Positions 26,392-33,583 of a DNA stretch of 33,583 bases are shown here, piece after piece. The notes beneath the pieces were generated by a model. That model was not told the origin of the DNA. It did not search any database and saw only the letters and a list, made by a program, of their open reading frames with translations. The position numbers and the translations under genes were made by a program. The DNA lies in the IMG/VR virus record IMGVR_UViG_2684622669_000021, positions 1 through 33,583 of that record, one strand, 5' to 3'. Source of the stretch: a virus (lineage: Duplodnaviria > Heunggongvirae > Uroviricota > Caudoviricetes). Positions within the stretch are counted from its first letter, which is position 1; each line of letters opens with the position of its first letter.

Positions 26392-27357
26392 TTACCCCCT
26401 GAAGCCCGGCGGAATTTCGGTATCCGGTTCAGAAATGTGATTCACACAACGCTGTACAGGCGAACGCCCCAGACGAATAACCAGCTCATCCCATTTTTCG
26501 CGAAGCTTTGACGGGCTCATGACGTTTTTTACCCAGAAGGGATCCCGCTGCACCCGACCAAACATTTCGCAAATTTGTCTGTGAGTTCTGCCATCCAGCA
26601 TCCGCATTGTGCGCACATCATTGGCCCATGCAGCCCAGTTGGGTTCTTTCGGTCGCATGATTTCGCCATCATCGCTGGCAGCCTGCTCGTAAAGACTCAC
26701 GATTCGTCCCCAGATCCACTGCGCACACGCTAAATCTTCCTGGCTACCCCACTGGCGTTTTTTCGCACTGAACACAACCGCGTCAGGGTGTCGGGTTAAA
26801 AAATCCTGTTCAGCCGTCTGCATGTCCGGTTGCGAAGCTTCCGGACGAGAAGTGTTTTTATTCTCTGTAGTGATCTCTGTTGTATTCTCTGTAAGATCAT
26901 CAGGCCATTTTGACCCGATGACATTGTGTCGTTTTGAACCAATGGAGCGTGTCATTTTGGCCTCTTCCATCGTGTCATTTTGACCTGATGGAGCGGCGCA
27001 TTTTGACCTGATGGATTCGCTCACTTTGCCACCATCTAAAAGCTCGCTCTCGTAATTAATCGTGTAAAAATTAGTCATGTCACGCTTTGATTTGTTGAGC
27101 TTTTCGCAACGCAAAAGCCCCAGCGCTTTCAGACTTGCAAATGCGCGTTTTAACGTTGACTCTGACCAGAACGGGAACTGTTCCAGCCATTGTTCTGTTG
27201 TGTTATAAATCCAGCGAACACCATCACATTCCATGCCGGAACCGGTATCTCTCAACCAGTAATGCAGCTGCTGTAACACAATGGCTTCGTTCAGACCTAT
27301 TTTCATCGCCAGCTGAGTGTTAATAACCAGTGGGCGTTCAGCAAAAAGAAGACTCAT
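26392..27357 (-). CDS. Replication initiation/replisome organiser protein (O-like), about 321 aa
   Basis: Position upstream of the DnaC-like gene. N-terminal HTH-like region. Start uncertain: ATG at 27355-27357 or TTG at 27411. Confidence 0.6.
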   Translation of the reverse strand: MSLLFAERPLVINTQLAMKIGLNEAIVLQQLHYWLRDTGSGMECDGVRWIYNTTEQWLEQFPFWSESTLKRAFASLKALGLLRCEKLNKSKRDMTNFYTINYESELLDGGKVSESIRSKCAAPSGQNDTMEEAKMTRSIGSKRHNVIGSKWPDDLTENTTEITTENKNTSRPEASQPDMQTAEQDFLTRHPDAVVFSAKKRQWGSQEDLACAQWIWGRIVSLYEQAASDDGEIMRPKEPNWAAWANDVRTMRMLDGRTHRQICEMFGRVQRDPFWVKNVMSPSKLREKWDELVIRLGRSPVQRCVNHISEPDTEIPPGFRG

Positions 27358-27859
27358 AATTCCATCCGGCTTTTTGTTGATATTGCTGACGATACGCACG
27401 CTTGAAAGCAATGGCTTTTTCTATAAGCTCGTCAGTCTCACGTTCCACAACAGCTGGATCCGCAAAAAGCAGCCCGGACTCCACCACATCGCCATATTCT
27501 TTGTTTAACCCGGCGATCATGTACGTAATGCTTTTTCCGTCAGTAATTTCACAATACAACCTGAAATCGCTGATCCGGATAGCCTCCATAATTGCCGGAA
27601 TCAGCGCCGTGAATTTTTCACGCTTATCCCTGGTGTCGATAGCTTTCCAGCGTTCGAATATCTTCACCCTGTTAACGCCCAGCGCCCGTTGATCAACCGC
27701 GCCATCATCAAACGTGACGCGATGAACATCGATGTTCGGGCGTTCTTTCAGAGCCCAGAATGCTTCCGTGATTAATATCGTCGCCTGCTCCTGCGTCATT
27801 CCTGGTCGGCATACCCAGGCATCCAGAGCCTCGCGAGCCTGCTCAGGAGTGAATATCAT
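27338..27859 (-). CDS. Hypothetical early protein at the cII/YdaT position (173 aa)
   Basis: Lies between the Cro-like gene and the replication genes. Assignment is by position only. Confidence 0.45.
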   Translation of the reverse strand: MIFTPEQAREALDAWVCRPGMTQEQATILITEAFWALKERPNIDVHRVTFDDGAVDQRALGVNRVKIFERWKAIDTRDKREKFTALIPAIMEAIRISDFRLYCEITDGKSITYMIAGLNKEYGDVVESGLLFADPAVVERETDELIEKAIAFKRAYRQQYQQKAGWNYESSFC

Positions 27860-28118
27860 TGTTCACCGCCAGTGATTCATTCGACATACACTTATTTTCA
27901 CAAGGTAGTCCATCTGTTGGGTTGGGATAAATGTCAGGGCGAAGTTCGTGGGGAGTAATTTCCCAATTCAGTAATGCACAGAGTGACGACACGCGTTCAG
28001 CAGGAACCTTGCCTTTAATGAACCACTTGCCTACGGCCTGGGAGCTAATGCCAAAGTGTTTGCCAATGTCAGTTTTCGACATTTTTTTAGAGATCTTATC
28101 GTGAATTTGATTACTCAT
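27843..28118 (-). CDS. Cro/YdaS-like HTH transcriptional regulator (91 aa)
   Basis: HTH segment SKTDIGKHFGISSQAVGKWFIKGKVPAERV. Divergent from the repressor gene. Start at the ATG at 28116-28118 after GGTGGAAAG; the track ORF extends to a GTG at 28145. Confidence 0.6.
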   Translation of the reverse strand: MSNQIHDKISKKMSKTDIGKHFGISSQAVGKWFIKGKVPAERVSSLCALLNWEITPHELRPDIYPNPTDGLPCENKCMSNESLAVNNDIHS

Positions 28119-28157
28119 ACTTTCCACCAGTACTATTAATTTCACCTACGCTACCAT

Positions 28158-28195
28158 CAAAAACTATAAGTTTCAACACAAAACCTATAGTTTTG
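28158..28195. promoter_or_regulatory. Operator-like pair of near-palindromic 14-15-bp sites between the divergent repressor and Cro-like genes
   Basis: AAAACTATAAGTTT (28160-28173) and AAACCTATAGTTTT (28181-28194) are inverted copies of one motif with a CTATAG centre. Confidence 0.55.
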
Positions 28196-28224
28196 CTGAT
28201 TGGTGAAACCTTTGGTTGTATACT
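28194..28224 (+). promoter_or_regulatory. Candidate maintenance promoter for the repressor, likely giving a leaderless mRNA
   Basis: TATACT (28219-28224) lies 6 nt upstream of the repressor ATG at 28231 with no SD. Possible -35 TTGCTG at 28194-28199. Confidence 0.35.
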
Positions 28225-28230
28225 TAAAAA

Positions 28231-28641
28231 ATGAGTAAAATAAACCATCCAATATTTGCTGAGAGAGTTCGGCAAGCAATGAGCGAACATGGCTGGTCGT
28301 TAGCCGGTCTGGCTAAAAAGGTTATGCTGTCCCATACCGCTGTGCGTAAGTGGGCAACAGGAGAAACCATTGCCAGCGGAGAAAGATTAAAAAGACTTGC
28401 CGCGGTAACAGGAAAACCAGAACATTGGTTTTTTATGCCGCTAAATGAACATTCAAAGGAAGAAGATGCACCACCACTAATCCAGCTTGACGACAAAGAA
28501 AAGGCGCTATTGTCCCTTTTTAATCAGTTGCCAGAAACGGAAAAGCTGAGACTAATCATGCACACAAAAAGCATTCTTCATGAAATGGATCTTCTAAAAA
28601 ACGATGTATACGACATAATCAATGATATTCAAAAACAATAA
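28231..28641 (+). CDS. Prophage repressor, XRE-family HTH, RacR/CI-like (136 aa)
   Basis: N-terminal HTH FAERVRQAMSEHGWSLAGLAKKVMLSHTAVRKWATGETIASGERLKRLAAVTG. Divergent from the Cro-like gene and followed by its own terminator. Confidence 0.7.
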   Translation: MSKINHPIFAERVRQAMSEHGWSLAGLAKKVMLSHTAVRKWATGETIASGERLKRLAAVTGKPEHWFFMPLNEHSKEEDAPPLIQLDDKEKALLSLFNQLPETEKLRLIMHTKSILHEMDLLKNDVYDIINDIQKQ

Positions 28642-28653
28642 GTTACATGAAAA

Positions 28654-28678
28654 AAGCGCCTCCCTGGCGCTTTTTTTA
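28654..28678. terminator. Intrinsic terminator after the repressor gene, possibly bidirectional
   Basis: AAAAAAGCGCC-TCCCT-GGCGCTTTTTTT: 6-bp GC stem flanked by an A-run and a T-run. Confidence 0.7.
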
Positions 28679-28712
28679 TCCTCACAAATAAAACTTTATG
28701 TTCCATTGCCTA

Positions 28713-28741
28713 TTGACCAATAAAACCAATAGTTTTACCAT
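28713..28741 (+). promoter_or_regulatory. Candidate early-left promoter with an embedded operator copy
   Basis: TTGACC (28713-28718), a 17-nt spacer containing AAAACCAATAGTTTT (28722-28736), then TACCAT. The operator copy is one mismatch from the 28181-28194 site. Confidence 0.4.
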
Positions 28742-28819
28742 TCATTCCATCAACAACGAACCGCATCGTTGTCAGGCTAAAGTTCCGCTACCCCGGCGTT
28801 AAGGGGAAATGAGGTCAGC

Positions 28820-28975
28820 ATGGATACTATCGATCTTGGCAACAACGAATCTCTGGTGTACGGCGTGTTTCCAAACCAGGACGGCACCTTCACCGCAATG
28901 ACGTATACCAAAAGCAAAACGTTTAAAACCGAAAATGGTGCCCGTCGCTGGCTGGAAAGAAACTCAGGTGAGTGA
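28820..28975 (+). CDS. Small early protein (51 aa), YdaF-like
   Basis: ORF below the track cutoff, read directly: MDTIDLGNNESLVYGVFPNQDGTFTAMTYTKSKTFKTENGARRWLERNSGE, with a GAGG RBS. Family assignment is from memory. Confidence 0.5.
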   Translation: MDTIDLGNNESLVYGVFPNQDGTFTAMTYTKSKTFKTENGARRWLERNSGE

Positions 28976-28976
28976 T

Positions 28977-29105
28977 ATGGATTTTGACACAATCATGGAA
29001 AAGGCTTACGAAGAATACTTCGAAGGCCTTGCCGAAGGCGAAGAAGCTCACAGCTTCAACGAATTTAAACAGGCGCTTTCCAGTTCGGCAAAATCTAACG
29101 GCTGA
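28977..29105 (+). CDS. Small acidic early protein (42 aa), YdaG-like
   Basis: MDFDTIMEKAYEEYFEGLAEGEEAHSFNEFKQALSSSAKSNG. The ATG lies 1 nt after the upstream stop. Confidence 0.45.
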   Translation: MDFDTIMEKAYEEYFEGLAEGEEAHSFNEFKQALSSSAKSNG

Positions 29106-29134
29106 TAAGCGAAACAGCACCGCGAGGAATCAGT

Positions 29135-29353
29135 ATGCAGAAACGAGAACCCGTCATCATCGCGCCAGACTATACCGATGATGAACTTTATGAGTGGATG
29201 CGCCAGAAAATTAATGCAGCGCAGGATCTGAAATGGGCCAATGAAGCCAGGGCTAAGCAGGCTGAAAATCTGTCCGCTCTGGAGCAGGATATCACCAGGC
29301 TGGAAAAAGCAGCGGCATTAAGCATTGCCAGAATGATTACATACCCGCGTTAA
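29135..29353 (+). CDS. Small early protein (72 aa), unknown function
   Basis: GAGGA RBS. Helical charged protein MQKREPVIIAPDYTDDELYEWMRQKINAAQDLKWANEARAKQ... Confidence 0.5.
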   Translation: MQKREPVIIAPDYTDDELYEWMRQKINAAQDLKWANEARAKQAENLSALEQDITRLEKAAALSIARMITYPR

Positions 29354-29375
29354 TAGCTAACCAACGAGGCTAATA

Positions 29376-29705
29376 ATGGAATTTAAAGATTTACCAATGC
29401 AATTCCAGGAAATGGCAGCGAATATAGTTCGTTCCCAACTGGCGACTCTTGACCTGAGTACCGTAGAAAAAGAAACCATCGATACTATATCCGGTAACGT
29501 GCGTCGTGCCTTTATCGGTCTGTACGAAGAGAAGCAGCTCTCTGATAACCAGGATTTACATGAAAAATACTTCCTGGATCTAATGGACATCATTAATAAG
29601 GGGTTTGGCTTGTTAATGGAAAAGAAAGGGATTCGGATAGAACCCCTTGAAAATTGCTTCGTAACAAGAAGCATCAATTCTTTTGATTCAAAACAAGAGA
29701 ATTAA
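29376..29705 (+). CDS. Hypothetical protein (109 aa), AT-rich gene
   Basis: GAGG RBS 6 nt before the ATG. Its 3' end overlaps the 3' end of the convergent minus-strand gene by about 32 nt. Confidence 0.55.
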   Translation: MEFKDLPMQFQEMAANIVRSQLATLDLSTVEKETIDTISGNVRRAFIGLYEEKQLSDNQDLHEKYFLDLMDIINKGFGLLMEKKGIRIEPLENCFVTRSINSFDSKQEN

Positions 29706-29949
29706 TTACAGATTTAACATGCTCTTTCTCATGATTGAAGCTCTCAGGGTTGAAAGTGCCCGGCTGAAGCGAGTCGATATAATCAACGAGATTCTTTCGT
29801 ACCGTTTCATCTTTATTCATGGCAGATGCAAGGTATGAAATTGCTAACAATGTTATATCACTACGCGCCGCAGCATGCTGTAGTGTTTTATCAAAATCAT
29901 TAATTTTCCGTATAAGAGAGTTAAGAGTTTCATTGACATCAAACCCCAT
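29674..29949 (-). CDS. Hypothetical protein (91 aa) on the opposite strand within the early-left operon
   Basis: Start at the ATG at 29947-29949 (MGFDVNETLNSLIRKINDFDK...) after a strong AGGAGG-ATGAA RBS. AT-rich. The track ORF 29674..30027 carries a 26-aa extension. Confidence 0.55.
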   Translation of the reverse strand: MGFDVNETLNSLIRKINDFDKTLQHAAARSDITLLAISYLASAMNKDETVRKNLVDYIDSLQPGTFNPESFNHEKEHVKSVINSLVLNQKN

Positions 29950-30062
29950 TTCATCCTCCTGAGGGTTAGTAATTAAGGAGTTCTCCACGGGTGAGGTGGA
30001 GTGCGTGCGCCGGACACGGGTGAGCATCCGGCACTGACAATACCAACGTCAACGGCGAAGAC

Positions 30063-32165
30063 ATGACTGAGATTGAGGAGAATATGCTCCTGCCGGTTTC
30101 AGGTCAGATTCTGCCTGTTCGATGGCTGGCACAGCACGGCAGCGAAAAACCGATCACACACGTTTCGCGGGGCGAACTACGCGCATTACATAACGCACAG
30201 GATGAAAAACTTCCCGCCGTTACCGCGCTGGCCATCTCAAATAAAGCAGCGCAACTCGAACCGCTGGAAATTCGCGATCTCCACAAACTGGTTCGTGACA
30301 CTGACAAAGTTTTCCCTAATCCTGGTAATTCAGACCTGGGACTGATGACTGCTTTTTTCGAAGCCTACCTGGGCGCTGACTACACCGATCGCGGTCTGCT
30401 GACAAAAGAGTGGATGAAAGGAAATCGTGTTTCACGCATCACCCGCACGGCTTCCGGTGCTAATGCCGGTGGAGGGAACAAAACCGATCGCAATCCGAAT
30501 TTAGTACACACCTTCGATACGCTGGATGTGGAGATTGCAGCGGCCACACTTCCGATGGATTTTAATATTTATGAAATTCCGGGCAGCGTTTATCGTCGCG
30601 CAAAAGAAGTCGTCCGGAAGAAAGAAAGTCCGTTCAAAGAATGGTCCGCGGCACTTCGCGCAATCCCGGGTATCCTGGATTATTCCCGCGCCGCTATTTT
30701 TGCACTTATCCGGAGCGCACACCCTGAGTTTTATCATTACCCGGGACGTCTTCAGGGGTATATCAACGCCTATTTAACAGAGACTGATCACGAGAACCCT
30801 TCCGAGGAAACTCTCGCTGCTGCACGACATACACCGGAAAAAGATATCCTGGAAGAAGTTAACCGCGAACTGGCTGCTGAACGCGAAACAGAAGAAGAAA
30901 AAAATAATGAGGAAAAATCACAACCGTCTGACGCAATGGCAGATGAACAGGCAACGGCTGAAACAATGGAACCGGATACAACTGAACATCGCCAGGACAC
31001 GCAATCGCTGGATGCTCAGGCACAGATAGATCCAGTTAATCAGGTAAAAGTTACCGCTGACGAAGTAAACAAAATTATGCAAGCAGCCAATATCAGCCAG
31101 CCTGACGCCGATAAGTTGCTTGCGGCCTCTCGCGGTGAATTTGTTGCAGGGATTAGCGACCCGAATGATCCGAAATGGGTGAAGGGGATTGAAACCCGCG
31201 ATTCTGTGAACCAGAACCAACAAGAATCGGAACAGAACGACCAGAAAGCGGAACAAAACAGCCCAAATGCGTTACAAAACGAGCCAGAAACGAAACAGCC
31301 TGAACCAGTGGCGCAACAGGAAGTGGAAAAAGTTTGCAATGCCTGCGGTCAGTCTGGCGGGGATAACTGCCCTGACTGTGGTGCGGTGATGGGCAACGCA
31401 ACATACCAGGAAACATTCGATGACGAGAATCAGGTTGAAGTTCAGGAAAATGATCCGGAGGAAATGGAAGGCGCTGAACATCCACAAAAGGAGAATGCTG
31501 GCAGCGCTCAGGACCACGCCAGCGATAATGAAACTGGCGAGACGGCAGATCCCTTAATTGCAGTGAACGGTCATCACATTATCACATCCACCAGCAGAGT
31601 GTGGTACCACCTGATGATCGACCTTGAAACAATGGGAACCAACACCAATGCGCCCATCGTGGTTATTGGTGCGGTTTTCTTCGACCCACAAACAGGGGAA
31701 ATCGGGCCAGTATTTTATATCGTTATCAGTCTGACTGACGCAATGAATACAGGGGCTGTTCCTGACGGTGGAACCATCGAATGGTGGCTGAAGCAGTCCA
31801 GTGAAGCCAGAGCTGCCATTTTAACAGACCAGGTAAAACTGAAGGATGCCCTTTCGCGGTTTCGGGAGTTCATCAACGAATACTCAGATGAAAAATTAGT
31901 TCAGGTATGGGGTAATGGTGCAACTTTCGATAACGCAATTTTGCGCACCTCATACGAACACCTGGACATCCCCTGCCCGTGGCGCTACTACAACGATCGC
32001 GATGTACGCACAATCGTTGAGCTGGGGAAAGCCATAGACTTCGATGCCAGAACGGCTATTCCATTCGAAGGTGAGCGCCATAATGCACTTGATGACGCCC
32101 GTTACCAGGCAAAATACGTTTCAGCTATCTGGCAAAAACTGATCCCGAGTCAGGCTGATTCTTAA
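30063..32165 (+). CDS. RecE-like protein: RecE N-terminal/linker region fused to a C-terminal DEDDh 3'-5' exonuclease domain (700 aa)
   Basis: N-terminus [36 protein letters not shown]..., the acidic Gln/Glu-rich linker and the Zn-ribbon [20 protein letters not shown] are recognised from RecE (exodeoxyribonuclease VIII). The C-terminal 200 aa carry DnaQ-like motifs: Exo I MIDLET, Exo [14 protein letters not shown], Exo [16 protein letters not shown]. Confidence 0.7.
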   Translation: MTEIEENMLLPVSGQILPVRWLAQHGSEKPITHVSRGELRALHNAQDEKLPAVTALAISNKAAQLEPLEIRDLHKLVRDTDKVFPNPGNSDLGLMTAFFEAYLGADYTDRGLLTKEWMKGNRVSRITRTASGANAGGGNKTDRNPNLVHTFDTLDVEIAAATLPMDFNIYEIPGSVYRRAKEVVRKKESPFKEWSAALRAIPGILDYSRAAIFALIRSAHPEFYHYPGRLQGYINAYLTETDHENPSEETLAAARHTPEKDILEEVNRELAAERETEEEKNNEEKSQPSDAMADEQATAETMEPDTTEHRQDTQSLDAQAQIDPVNQVKVTADEVNKIMQAANISQPDADKLLAASRGEFVAGISDPNDPKWVKGIETRDSVNQNQQESEQNDQKAEQNSPNALQNEPETKQPEPVAQQEVEKVCNACGQSGGDNCPDCGAVMGNATYQETFDDENQVEVQENDPEEMEGAEHPQKENAGSAQDHASDNETGETADPLIAVNGHHIITSTSRVWYHLMIDLETMGTNTNAPIVVIGAVFFDPQTGEIGPVFYIVISLTDAMNTGAVPDGGTIEWWLKQSSEARAAILTDQVKLKDALSRFREFINEYSDEKLVQVWGNGATFDNAILRTSYEHLDIPCPWRYYNDRDVRTIVELGKAIDFDARTAIPFEGERHNALDDARYQAKYVSAIWQKLIPSQADS

Positions 32166-32226
32166 TGTTCAACTGTCGCCGGTTGTCGTTGATATTCTGC
32201 AACTGGCGCGTTCCGGAGTGATAGCC

Positions 32227-32496
32227 ATGAGCGAACAGTACCTGATAACGCTCGACGAGTGGAAACCAAAACGGTTCAGTCTCCCAATAACAAACACTAC
32301 CCTGGTGAAATACGGAAAACTAGGATACATCGTTCCAAGACCACAAAAAATTCGTGGGCGTTGGCTGATAGATCGCCGAGCAGTATTTGTTGGGCCTGGT
32401 GAAACGGGAATTGCGCCGGAAATTCATACTGGCGATGATGATGCACTGAAGGAGATTTTAACTCATGTCACCGAGGCCACGAAAAAACAGCACTGA
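32227..32496 (+). CDS. xis: Excisionase (Xis-like), 89 aa
   Basis: Immediately upstream of and overlapping int. Basic winged-helix-like sequence YLITLDEWKPKRFSLPITNTTLVKYGKLGYIVPRPQKIRGRWLIDRRAVF. Start at the ATG at 32227 after GGAG. Confidence 0.6.
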   Translation: MSEQYLITLDEWKPKRFSLPITNTTLVKYGKLGYIVPRPQKIRGRWLIDRRAVFVGPGETGIAPEIHTGDDDALKEILTHVTEATKKQH

Positions 32497-33583
32497 CGTA
32501 GCCGGTCTTTACGAAAAGTTTGATCGCAGAACTGGCAGAGTTTACTACCAGTATAAAAATCCTGTGACTGGAAAATTTCACGGACTCGGAACAGACAAAG
32601 GTAAGGCAGAAAAAATCGCTTCCACAGCCAATCAGCGAATAGCTGCAGCAGAAGCTGAATATTTCATGCGCAAAATTGATGAAAGTCCGTCAGCAACAAA
32701 ACGTCGGGGTATCAGATTAAAGGCATGGGTTGATCGATATCTGAAAATACAGGACACGCGACTGAAAAATGGAGATATTGCAGCTACAACTCACAAAGAA
32801 AAAGCCCGAATGGCTGCATACCTGGTTTCCCGTCTGGGAAACCACCCATTGAAAGAACTGGAAGTAAGAGACTTTGCATTAATACTGGATGAGTGGCTGG
32901 ATAAAGACATGGTCAGCACAGCGAGAGTAAATCGCGGATTATGGGTTGATATTTATAAAGAAGCACAGCATGCAGGGGAAGTCCCTCCCGGATGGAATCC
33001 TCCGGAGGCTACCCGTAAACCGATCCCTAAAGTAACCAGAGCCAGGCTCACTCTGGAAGACTGGCAAAAAATTTACAACGCAACGCCTGAAAAACACTTT
33101 ATCCGTAACGCAATGCTTCTTGCGATTGTTACTGGTCAGCGCCGTGATGACATTTGCCACATGCGTTTTTCAGATGTGTGGAACGAACACTTGCATATCA
33201 CCCAGGGAAAAACCGGAATGCGTCTGGCGTTACCGCTTACACTACGCTGTGATGCTATTGGGATAACGTTAAAAGAAGTTATTGATGGGTGCCGAGACAG
33301 AATATTAAGTCCATATCTAATCCATAGTCGGCACCAGAAACAACCGAAGCCGATGAGTAAAGACAACCTGAGCGACTACTTTGCCAAAGCACGGGATCTG
33401 GCTGGGATAATTCCACCAGCAGGAAAAACTCCGCCAACATTTCATGAACAACGCTCTCTATCAGAACGGCTGTACCGTGCACAGGGTATCGATACAAAAA
33501 CATTACTAGGACATAAAGTCCAGGCAACCACCGATCGCTATAACGATACTCGAGGTCAGGAATGGGTTAAGTTGGTTATTTGA
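32465..33583 (+). CDS. int: Lambda-family tyrosine integrase (372 aa); stop codon is the last triplet of the window
   Basis: N-terminal ...YYQYKNPVTGKFHGLGTDKGKA... and C-terminal ...TFHEQRSLSERLYRAQGIDTKTLLGHKVQATTDRYNDTRGQEWVKL parallel lambda Int (...YYCYRDPRTGKEFGLGRDRR... and ...FHELRSLSARLYEKQ...LLGHKSDTMASQYRDDRGREWDKI). The catalytic-region R, H-x-x-R and Y are present. Confidence 0.9.
   Translation: MSPRPRKNSTDVAGLYEKFDRRTGRVYYQYKNPVTGKFHGLGTDKGKAEKIASTANQRIAAAEAEYFMRKIDESPSATKRRGIRLKAWVDRYLKIQDTRLKNGDIAATTHKEKARMAAYLVSRLGNHPLKELEVRDFALILDEWLDKDMVSTARVNRGLWVDIYKEAQHAGEVPPGWNPPEATRKPIPKVTRARLTLEDWQKIYNATPEKHFIRNAMLLAIVTGQRRDDICHMRFSDVWNEHLHITQGKTGMRLALPLTLRCDAIGITLKEVIDGCRDRILSPYLIHSRHQKQPKPMSKDNLSDYFAKARDLAGIIPPAGKTPPTFHEQRSLSERLYRAQGIDTKTLLGHKVQATTDRYNDTRGQEWVKLVI

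Noticed and set aside
1-33583. CRISPR array or other tandem direct-repeat arrays
   Set aside because: No regularly spaced 25-40-bp direct repeats were seen. The only repeated blocks are the Ea22 junction repeats, which are coding and RBS sequence.

Overview
This window is almost an entire lambdoid-type prophage from an enterobacterial (E. coli-like) genome, with its left arm interrupted by an IS2 copy. From left to right: (i) 1-846, an IS2 element cut by the window edge; (ii) 897-16875 (minus strand), a tightly coupled virion operon with portal, scaffold, major capsid, small head proteins, two tail-tubular-like proteins and five putative internal/ejection proteins, an order typical of short-tailed phages; (iii) 16876-17946, a plus-strand insertion inside the late operon carrying a tRNA-Arg(UCU), two intrinsic terminators and an orphan 99-aa gene; (iv) 17947-20015, terminase large and small subunits; (v) 20134-25616, an accessory block with a Cys-rich protein, an ASCH-like protein, a DUF551-like protein and a tandem array of ead/Ea22-like paralogues joined by a repeated RBS-GTG junction; (vi) 25639-28118, DnaC-like loader, replisome organiser, a cII/YdaT-position gene and a Cro-like gene; (vii) 28231-28641, an XRE-type repressor flanked by repeated operator-like palindromes; (viii) 28820-33583 (plus strand), small early-left genes, an AT-rich convergent gene pair, a RecE-like protein whose C-terminus is a DEDDh 3'-5' exonuclease domain, excisionase and a lambda-family integrase ending at the window edge. 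No Q-like antiterminator, lysis cassette, tail fibre or att site is visible. All calls rest on reading the sequence and ORF translations and on recalled family signatures; no database search was run. Start codons were re-derived from RBS position and overlap, so several differ from the longest-ORF track.
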